Positions 57,542-64,000 of a stretch of 64,000 nt of DNA are shown here, in pieces. The notes beneath the pieces were generated by a model. That model saw only the letters and a program-made list of their open reading frames with translations, had not been told where the DNA came from and searched no databases. Within the stretch, counting starts at the first letter, position 1, and each line of letters opens with the position of its first letter. The position numbers and the translations under genes are program-made. Origin of the DNA: a virus; the IMG/VR virus record IMGVR_UViG_3300032287_003559, positions 32,001-96,000 of that record. One strand, written 5' to 3'.

Positions 57542-57868
57542 ATGCCAGCAAAAAACCCAAAAGAATACGCTTCGAAGCACTATCAGCAAAATAAATCTTT
57601 ATATGCTGAAAGAAGTAAAGTTGCTAGACTTAGGGTTAAAGAATGGTATAATGAACTTATGAATGATAAGTTCTGTGAAAAATGTGGTGAATCTGATACT
57701 ATTGTATTAGAATGGCATCACATAGATCCATCTAAAAAGGATATGAGCATTGCTGATATGCTTTCGAGAAGAGGAAAACAAACTATCTTAGAAGAGATAG
57801 ATAAGTGTATGTGTCTTTGTGCTAATTGTCACAGAAGATTGCATCATCAAATACGCAACGGGGTGTAG
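57542..57868 (+). CDS. HNH endonuclease (Zn-finger type)
   Basis: CEKCG...LEWHHIDP...KCMCLCANCHRRLH. Confidence 0.88.
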   Translation: MPAKNPKEYASKHYQQNKSLYAERSKVARLRVKEWYNELMNDKFCEKCGESDTIVLEWHHIDPSKKDMSIADMLSRRGKQTILEEIDKCMCLCANCHRRLHHQIRNGV

Positions 57869-57933
57869 CTCAGCTTGGATAGAGCGCCGCTTTTGGGAAG
57901 CGGAAGTCGCAGATTCGAATTCTGTCACCCCGA
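57859..57933 (+). tRNA. tRNA-Pro(TGG)
   Basis: CGGGGTG/CACCCCG acceptor; CCGCT-TT-TGG-GA-AGCGG. Confidence 0.94.
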
Positions 57934-57950
57934 CTCATAAAACTCACTTT

Positions 57951-58181
57951 ATGAAAATGAATCAAGAAATTAACGAACTTACGACATTTACAATTGAAGA
58001 GTTTCAGAATGATTTCGATAACCTTATGAATAGAGTAGAAGGTGGAGAATCGTTCATCATATCAAGTGAGCACGGAAATGCAGTGATTGTACCATACAAC
58101 GAAGTGGTGCAGGTATTTCAAGAATCTGGTGTGAGTGATGAGATCATACGAATACACACCGATCACGAAGAAGGTTCTTGA
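57951..58181 (+). CDS. Hypothetical protein with Phd/YefM-like N-terminal fold
   Basis: FTIEEFQNDFDNLMNRVEGGESFIISSEHGNAVIVP pattern. Confidence 0.65.
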   Translation: MKMNQEINELTTFTIEEFQNDFDNLMNRVEGGESFIISSEHGNAVIVPYNEVVQVFQESGVSDEIIRIHTDHEEGS

Positions 58182-58206
58182 CAAAGAGTTCCAGGTCCTC
58201 TACACT
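58178..58206 (+). promoter_or_regulatory. Sigma70-like promoter
   Basis: TTGACA-17nt-TACACT upstream of the tRNA pair. Confidence 0.65.
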
Positions 58207-58220
58207 AGATCTGGTCTTAT

Positions 58221-58292
58221 GGGACTGTCGCCTATGGGTTAAGGCCCACTGCTTATAACGGTGTGAACTGAGTTCAAGTCTCAGCAGTCCTA
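58221..58292 (+). tRNA. tRNA-Ile(TAT)
   Basis: GGGACTG/CAGTCCT acceptor, A73; CACTG-CT-TAT-AA-CGGTG; CTGAG-TTCAAGT-CTCAG. Confidence 0.88.
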
Positions 58293-58296
58293 CTTT

Positions 58297-58369
58297 GCAG
58301 GTTTAGCTCTCTGGCGAAAGCACCGAACTCATAATTCGGCTAAGGTGGGTTCGATCCCCACAACCTGCA
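58297..58369 (+). tRNA. tRNA with CAT anticodon (elongator Met, or lysidine Ile2)
   Basis: GCAGGTT/AACCTGC acceptor; CCGAA-CT-CAT-AA-TTCGG; lacks the initiator GGG/CCC anticodon stem. Confidence 0.88.
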
Positions 58370-58394
58370 CTGGACACTTACCAAAGCGTCCTAC

Positions 58395-58423
58395 TTGACT
58401 TTCAAACATCACTTCTCTATAAT
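58395..58423 (+). promoter_or_regulatory. Sigma70-like promoter
   Basis: TTGACT-17nt-TATAAT. Confidence 0.75.
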
Positions 58424-58445
58424 ACAAAGGTCAACAATCAAAACA

Positions 58446-58661
58446 ATGACTCTCACTGCTAAATTCAAGAAAGACGTTCAAACCCTTCGTGGTGCTGCTA
58501 ACGGCGATTTCTACCTTGATGTAAAGAATCCGAAACTCTACAAAAAGGTTCGTCGTTACTATGAGCAAGAAGGTGTAGTGTTTTCTGGTGATCCTTTGGA
58601 TGATTATGAAATGCTTATGGAATATGTCGCTGCTGATCTTGAGTCTGTTGAGGTTGCATGA
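58446..58661 (+). CDS. Conserved hypothetical protein
   Basis: KFKKD..TL..AANG...LDVKNPKLYKKVRRYYE..GV.F.GD..DDY. Confidence 0.75.
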   Translation: MTLTAKFKKDVQTLRGAANGDFYLDVKNPKLYKKVRRYYEQEGVVFSGDPLDDYEMLMEYVAADLESVEVA

Positions 58662-58927
58662 ACGATCTAGATCTGAATTCGGTAAAGTCAACCAAGACTA
58701 TTATCATTCATGAACGATTTCCTTATCGCTTTGTGCAAAAAGGACATATTGAACTAAACGGCAATCCTGATTTTCGCTTACAAAAAGTGAATGAGTATAC
58801 TAAAAAATACTCTGATATTTATTTGTTTGATAATGGAGATCAAATGCTTCTTGCGATTGAAGATCCCGAATATTCTAAATGGTTAGATCCAGATCGTGTT
58901 CCTTGTTATGTAAAAGATGATGATTAA
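58658..58927 (+). CDS. Conserved hypothetical protein
   Basis: ERFPYRFVQ.G....NGNPDFRLQK...IEDPEYSKWLDP..VPCY; ATGA-coupled. Confidence 0.75.
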   Translation: MNDLDLNSVKSTKTIIIHERFPYRFVQKGHIELNGNPDFRLQKVNEYTKKYSDIYLFDNGDQMLLAIEDPEYSKWLDPDRVPCYVKDDD

Positions 58928-58929
58928 AT

Positions 58930-59330
58930 AGTCTCGGTATGACTTAAAACTAGCCCTGGTCGGGAGCAAACCCCTTATGTCTAAAACAAGTATCTTACGA
59001 TATCTTGGAAACTTTCTCCTTATGATTGGATATCAAACCATGTTATGGGGAGATTTTAAATATGGTTTATTGATAAAAGTTATTGGGGGATTACTCACAG
59101 TACCTTTTGCAATCAAACTTAAACTCTGGGATGTATTATTTTTATGTGCATTCTTTGGGTTTAGTGAGTTTTCAAAACTCATTCAACTTTTCTCAGTTAG
59201 TTAAAACTGAGTGGTGGAGTCAATATGACCCTAGCTAGGTTTCTTGCTTCCTTAAAGAGCAAGTGGTGCGGATGGGACTCTCTCCCGCCTGGTTTCCAAT
59301 TTCCAGTTAAAGAATTGGTGGCGAGCCTGA
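58930..59330 (+). ncRNA. manA-like RNA motif, interrupted by an ORF
   Basis: 5' GTCTCGG..TGAC...GCCCTGGTCGGGA and 3' GGTTTCTTGCTTCC..AAAGAGCAAGTGGTGCGGATGGG...TGGCGAGCCTG recognised from memory as manA-type. Context (after tRNAs, before nucleotide-sugar genes) fits. Not confirmed by a covariance search. Confidence 0.7.
58977..59204 (+). CDS. 75-aa membrane protein nested in the manA-like RNA
   Basis: About three hydrophobic segments; clean ATG...TAA. Confidence 0.65.
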   Translation: MSKTSILRYLGNFLLMIGYQTMLWGDFKYGLLIKVIGGLLTVPFAIKLKLWDVLFLCAFFGFSEFSKLIQLFSVS

Positions 59331-59336
59331 GTTACA

Positions 59337-59365
59337 AAGAGAGGTTGCATAAACCTCTCTTTTTT
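59337..59365 (+). terminator. Intrinsic terminator after the manA-like RNA
   Basis: AAGAGAGGTT...AACCTCTCTT hairpin plus T-tract; overlaps TTGCAT-17nt-TATAAT (59345-59373). Confidence 0.8.
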
Positions 59366-59403
59366 AGTATAATGAAAAAATATATTAATAGTAAAAATAA
59401 AAA

Positions 59404-60222
59404 ATGACTTTATCTCTTTATGGTGGAAGTGGATTTGTTGGAGGTAACTTCAAAAAACTATATTCTGATTATGTGGAGATGCAGAGGGATGAAAGAAAGC
59501 CAAAAACAAAAGATATTTTGTATTTCATTTCAACAGTAGATAACTATAATGTTCACGACAAAATTACACTTGACGTAGACACTAATCTAAAAATTCTCTG
59601 TGAAGTTCTGGATTATTGTAGATCAGAAGATATAACTTTTAATTTTATTAGTTCTTGGTTTGTATATGGCAAAACTCCATACATGCCTGCTAGTGAAGAG
59701 AGTCCATGCTTTCCCACAGGATTTTATTCTATTACAAAAAAATGTGCAGAAGATCTTTTAATTTCTTTTTGCAATACCTATAATGTAAAATATCGTATAA
59801 TGAGATTATGTAATGTTTTGGGTTCTGGTGATCAAAAAGCATCTAGAAAAAAGAATGCAATTACTTGGATGATCGATCAACTTAAGATAGATCATGACAT
59901 TTCTCTATACGACGGAGGATCAAATTGTAGAGATGTGATGCATGTTCAAGATGTTTGTAGGGCAATTAAACTCATTTGCGATAAAGGAAAAACAAACGAA
60001 ATTTATAATGTAGGGTCTGGAAAACCAACTACAATAGGAGAGATTATTTCTTTATCTAAGCATTATCTCAATTCTAAATCTAAAATCAATTATATTGATC
60101 CTCCAGAATTTCATAATAATGTTCAAACAAAAAATTTCTGGATGGACACCAAAAAACTAAAATCCCTTGGATTTGAACCAAAACTTTCTTTAGAATTTAT
60201 CATCAAAGATCTATGTCTGTAA
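59404..60222 (+). CDS. NAD-dependent epimerase/dehydratase (extended SDR)
   Basis: GGSGFVG, FISSWFVYG, YSITK (YxxxK), RDVMHVQD. Confidence 0.9.
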   Translation: MTLSLYGGSGFVGGNFKKLYSDYVEMQRDERKPKTKDILYFISTVDNYNVHDKITLDVDTNLKILCEVLDYCRSEDITFNFISSWFVYGKTPYMPASEESPCFPTGFYSITKKCAEDLLISFCNTYNVKYRIMRLCNVLGSGDQKASRKKNAITWMIDQLKIDHDISLYDGGSNCRDVMHVQDVCRAIKLICDKGKTNEIYNVGSGKPTTIGEIISLSKHYLNSKSKINYIDPPEFHNNVQTKNFWMDTKKLKSLGFEPKLSLEFIIKDLCL

Positions 60223-61529
60223 CTGAAAAAGTATCTAATTTCATTACTTCATTGCAGGAAGATGGAGAAAAATTATTTCCATATCTAGCAAATGAGAGAT
60301 GGAAACGTGGAAATAATGTTTACTATTCTGGTCCATATTGGGACCAAAAAGAAGTGTCTGCTGCAATTACGACGCTTCTAGAAGGTAAATGGCTTCCTGC
60401 AGGAGAAGAAGTAAATAAATTTGAACGACAGTTTTCTAAGAAGTTTGGATTTGATTATTCTGTAATGGTGAACTCTGGTAGTTCAGCCAATCTTGTAATG
60501 ATTTCTGCACTCAAAAAATATTTTGAGTGGAAGGATGGAGATGAAATTATTGTTTGTGTCTGTGGATTTCCAACTACAATTAATCCAATTATTCAGAATA
60601 ACTTAAAACCAGTTTTTGTTGATATAAGTTATGATGATTTAAACTGGAATCTTTCACAAATTAAAGAAAAGATTACAACTAGAACTCGCGCAGTATTCTC
60701 CTCACCAGTTCTTGGAAATCCTTATGATTATGATGCACTTCTTGATATCTGCAATCGTTATAACATTAAGTTGATTGCTGATAATTGCGATAGTCTTGGA
60801 AGTAAGTGGAAAGGTGAATATCTTACAGAACATGCTGTAGCTGCATCTTGTTCTTTTTATCCCGCACATCATATCTCTACAATTGAAGGTGGTATGGTAT
60901 CGTCTAATATTAAAGAAATTGTAGATATTGCCCGTAGTTTTGCCTGGTGGGGTAGGGATTGTTATTGCGTTGGACCACAAAATCTTCTTGAGTGTGGAGT
61001 TTGTGGTAAAAGATTTGACCACTGGCTAGATGGATATGATAAAGTTGTTGATCATAAGTATGTCTTTGGTAATATTGGATATAACTTGAAACCAGCAGAT
61101 CTTCAGGGGTCAATTGGACTTGTACAACTTGAAAAGTTTGATGAGGTCCATCAAAAACGTCGTCATAATAAAGAACGAATTCATAAAATTTTTGAGAATA
61201 TTCCTTTTTGTAGGGTCATTTCTGAAAGATCCGATGCAGAAACTAGTTGGTTTGGTGTTCCTATTGTTTTTGAGTATGATAAACCTGGATTAGTCAAATG
61301 GTTAGAAAATCATAAAATTCAAACACGTAATTATTTTGCTGGAAATATTTTAATGCATCCTGCATATAAACATATTGAACCAGCAAGTAATTATCCAAAT
61401 GCTTCTAAAGTTCTAGATAATGTATTCTTTGTCGGATGTTCTCCAACTATTACAGATGAAATGATTGATTATATCGAAGAAGTTGTAGAAGAATATAAGA
61501 AATCAAATATCCTACATCATCCAGTATAA
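60213..61529 (+). CDS. rfbH: RfbH/DdhC-like NDP-4-keto-6-deoxysugar 3-dehydratase (DegT family)
   Basis: NSGSSANL, DNCDSLGS, SFYPAHHIST.EGG (His at the PLP-Lys position), WGRDCYC, DHKY, GYNLK. Confidence 0.82.
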   Translation: MSVTEKVSNFITSLQEDGEKLFPYLANERWKRGNNVYYSGPYWDQKEVSAAITTLLEGKWLPAGEEVNKFERQFSKKFGFDYSVMVNSGSSANLVMISALKKYFEWKDGDEIIVCVCGFPTTINPIIQNNLKPVFVDISYDDLNWNLSQIKEKITTRTRAVFSSPVLGNPYDYDALLDICNRYNIKLIADNCDSLGSKWKGEYLTEHAVAASCSFYPAHHISTIEGGMVSSNIKEIVDIARSFAWWGRDCYCVGPQNLLECGVCGKRFDHWLDGYDKVVDHKYVFGNIGYNLKPADLQGSIGLVQLEKFDEVHQKRRHNKERIHKIFENIPFCRVISERSDAETSWFGVPIVFEYDKPGLVKWLENHKIQTRNYFAGNILMHPAYKHIEPASNYPNASKVLDNVFFVGCSPTITDEMIDYIEEVVEEYKKSNILHHPV

Positions 61530-61535
61530 GAATAC

Positions 61536-61564
61536 TTGCAAAAAAATATTTCCTTTAGTATAAT
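61536..61564 (+). promoter_or_regulatory. Sigma70-like promoter for gmd
   Basis: TTGCAA-17nt-TATAAT. Confidence 0.55.
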
Positions 61565-61584
61565 AAAATAAACGATATTGCCAT

Positions 61585-62586
61585 ATGAAGGTTGCTTTAA
61601 TTACTGGAATAACAGGGCAAGATGGATCTTATCTTGCCGAACTCCTTTTGGAAAAAGGATATGAAGTTCATGGTATCATTCGCCGTGCATCTCAGATCAA
61701 TACTCAAAGAATTGATCATTTGTATCAAAATATTAAATTACATTACGGAGATTTAACAGATTCGACTAATATAGTTCGAGTTATTCAAAAAGTTCAACCA
61801 GATGAAATTTATAACCTTGGTGCTCAGAGTCATGTCAAAGTATCCTTTGAGATGCCTGAATACACTGCTGATGTGGATGCTTTGGGAACTCTTCGTATTC
61901 TTGAAGCAGTTCGTCTTTTGGGCATGGAAAAGAATGTTCGTATTTATCAAGCTTCTACAAGCGAACTTTACGGTCTTGTTCAAGAAATTCCTCAAAGGGA
62001 AACTACTCCTTTTTATCCTCGCTCTCCCTATGGTGTAGCAAAGATTTATGGTTATTGGATTACAAAAAATTATCGCGAATCCTATGGAATGTTTGCTTGT
62101 ACGGGCATTCTCTTTAATCACGAGTCTCCTCGTCGTGGTGAGACCTTTGTTACACGTAAAATTGTTAAAGGATTGAAAGCAATATCCGAAGGAAAACAAG
62201 ATATATTATGTCTTGGTAACTTGAATGCAAAACGTGATTGGGGACATGCTAGAGATTTTGTTGAAGCAATGTGGATGATGCTCCAACAAGATGAACCGGA
62301 TGATTATGTGGTTGCTACAGGTAAGCAATACTCGGTGCGTGAGTTTGTTGAAACAGCAGCACCATATTTTGGAATGGAAATTGTATGGGAAGGTAAGGGA
62401 CTTAATGAAGTTGGAATTGACAAACTTACTGGAAAACCCGTTATCAAAGTTGATCCTAAATATTTTCGACCTGCTGAAGTAGAGACCTTATTAGGTGATG
62501 CCACAAAGGCAAAACAAAAATTAGGGTGGGAACCTAAAATTTCATTTGAACAATTAGTTGAGGATATGTGCATCAATGACAATTGA
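61585..62586 (+). CDS. gmd: GDP-mannose 4,6-dehydratase
   Basis: [61 protein letters not shown]. Confidence 0.98.
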   Translation: MKVALITGITGQDGSYLAELLLEKGYEVHGIIRRASQINTQRIDHLYQNIKLHYGDLTDSTNIVRVIQKVQPDEIYNLGAQSHVKVSFEMPEYTADVDALGTLRILEAVRLLGMEKNVRIYQASTSELYGLVQEIPQRETTPFYPRSPYGVAKIYGYWITKNYRESYGMFACTGILFNHESPRRGETFVTRKIVKGLKAISEGKQDILCLGNLNAKRDWGHARDFVEAMWMMLQQDEPDDYVVATGKQYSVREFVETAAPYFGMEIVWEGKGLNEVGIDKLTGKPVIKVDPKYFRPAEVETLLGDATKAKQKLGWEPKISFEQLVEDMCINDN

Positions 62587-63826
62587 TATGTTTCATAAAA
62601 TAGAAAAATGTAGAGTTTGTGGAAATACTCATCTAGAATTAGTCTTAGATTTAGGAAATCAATACGTCTCTGGAATTTTTCCCAAGAAAGTGGACTATGA
62701 GTTGTACAACGGACCACTAAAACTTGTTAAATGTAACGAAATGAATGGTGGATGTGGTCATGTTCAATTAGAACATACCTTCGATCTTCCGACCATGTAC
62801 GGTGAGGAATATGGGTATCGTTCTGGTTTGAATTCAAGTATGGTGAAGCATCTTCAAGAAAAGCATCAAAAGATTGTAAATTTTTATGATTTGAAAGAAA
62901 ACGATATTGTAATTGATATTGCTGGAAACGATGGAACATTTCTTGGATTCTTTTCAGAAAAACTGAGACTTGTTAGCATTGATCCGACTTCTAAAAAGTT
63001 CTCAAAGTATTTCAAAGAACACGTAGATTATATTGCTGATTTCTTTACTGAAGAAACTTTTAGAAAACATTTTGGTAATCAAAAAGCAAAATTAGTAACA
63101 TCTTTTTCGATGTTCTATGATTTGGAAGATCCGTGCCAGTTTGCTAAAGAAGTAAATTCCGTTCTAGATCCTGAAGAAGGTATTTGGGTTTTGGAACAAA
63201 GTTATATGCCTGAAATGCTTCGCGTCAATTCTTTTGATACTGTATGCCATGAGCATCTTTCTTATTATGGAATGAGGCAGATCAAATATATTATGGATAA
63301 AGCAAATCTTAAAATTATTTCTTATGAATTTAATGATGTAAATGGCGGTAGCATTTCTTTGGTGGTTTCTAATAAAGATAGTAAGTATGAAGAATGTACT
63401 GAAATGTTGAGTGAAATTATTAAAGAAGAACTTGATCTTAAATTAGATACTATTGAACCATGGCAAAAATTCCAACTAAGAATTGAAGAATGTAAAAAAA
63501 GTTTCTGGAAAATTATTGAAGAGTGTAAAAAAGAAGGATTAAAAATCTGTGCTCTTGGAGCTAGTACCAAAGGAAATATAACACTTCAAACTTGGAAAAT
63601 TACTTCAGATGATATTGAAGTAATTGGTGATGTAAACCCAGATAAAGACGGATCATTTACTCCTGGAACTTGGATTCCAATTAAAAGCGAGGATGCTGTT
63701 ATAGACACTTATGATGTGTTTGTTATTCTCCCCTGGCACTTTAGAGAATTTTTTATGACTAGTGAAAAATTTAAAGGTAAGAAATTACTCTTCCCACTTC
63801 CAACTGCTGAAATTGTAACTGTTTAA
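62576..63826 (+). CDS. NDP-sugar C-methyltransferase-like protein
   Basis: N-terminal CRVCG Zn domain, [30 protein letters not shown]...FPLP. Confidence 0.85.
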   Translation: MTIDMFHKIEKCRVCGNTHLELVLDLGNQYVSGIFPKKVDYELYNGPLKLVKCNEMNGGCGHVQLEHTFDLPTMYGEEYGYRSGLNSSMVKHLQEKHQKIVNFYDLKENDIVIDIAGNDGTFLGFFSEKLRLVSIDPTSKKFSKYFKEHVDYIADFFTEETFRKHFGNQKAKLVTSFSMFYDLEDPCQFAKEVNSVLDPEEGIWVLEQSYMPEMLRVNSFDTVCHEHLSYYGMRQIKYIMDKANLKIISYEFNDVNGGSISLVVSNKDSKYEECTEMLSEIIKEELDLKLDTIEPWQKFQLRIEECKKSFWKIIEECKKEGLKICALGASTKGNITLQTWKITSDDIEVIGDVNPDKDGSFTPGTWIPIKSEDAVIDTYDVFVILPWHFREFFMTSEKFKGKKLLFPLPTAEIVTV

Positions 63827-63828
63827 TT

Positions 63829-64000
63829 ATGGAAAAAACTTCTAAAATTTTTGTCGCAGGACATAGAGGACTTGTTGGTTCTGCTATTTTAAGAACTCTC
63901 ATTGAAAGGGGTTATAGTAATATAATAACTGCAACCAGACAAGAAGTTGATTTACTTAATCAATCTCAAGTTGAGAAATTCTTTGAAAGAGAAAGACCAG
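63829..64000 (+). CDS. fcl: GDP-L-fucose synthase (3'-truncated by window)
   Basis: MEKTSKIFVAGHRGLVGSAI...DLLNQSQVEKFFERERP. Confidence 0.9.
   Translation, partial: MEKTSKIFVAGHRGLVGSAILRTLIERGYSNIITATRQEVDLLNQSQVEKFFERERP

Noticed and set aside
54990-59330. CRISPR-like array or tmRNA
   Set aside because: No regularly spaced direct repeats, and no recognisable tmRNA tRNA-like domain or tag frame.
59225-59407. 60-aa ORF in the track
   Set aside because: It runs through the pseudoknot array and a terminator; the sequence is explained by RNA structure.

Overview
This is a 64-kb, AT-rich segment of a large T4-like myovirus genome, most likely a cyanophage (Kyanoviridae-like); the host is inferred from gene content and order, and no photosynthesis genes lie in the window. 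All credible genes are on the + strand. The order is: neck, tail, packaging and head module (gp13-gp23, gp3); uvsY, uvsW, gp55, gp47/gp46; a metallopeptidase-VWA plus CobS/MoxR pair; replisome (gp45, gp44, gp62, regA, gp43, uvsX, gp41, gp61) with dam, hsp20 and mazG; a late accessory block; nrdA/nrdB; a lysozyme; a tRNA cluster with Dps, HNH and Phd-like genes; a manA-type RNA; and the start of a nucleotide-sugar operon (epimerase, rfbH-like, gmd, C-methyltransferase, fcl). There are 11 canonical tRNAs. The most notable observations are five. (1) A dispersed family of late genes with T4 capsid-targeting-like N-termini, built as strings of small basic modules separated by acidic protease-like sites; two members share a 19-aa module differing only by synonymous changes. 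(2) A manA-like RNA with three tandem pseudoknots and a membrane-protein ORF nested inside it. (3) A tRNA-shaped RNA with a scrambled anticodon arm, plus other unexplained structured RNAs in the tRNA cluster. (4) A near-consensus antisense promoter back-to-back with the gp55 promoter. (5) T4-style RBS-sequestering hairpins around late promoters. All family assignments are by motif recognition; no searches were run.
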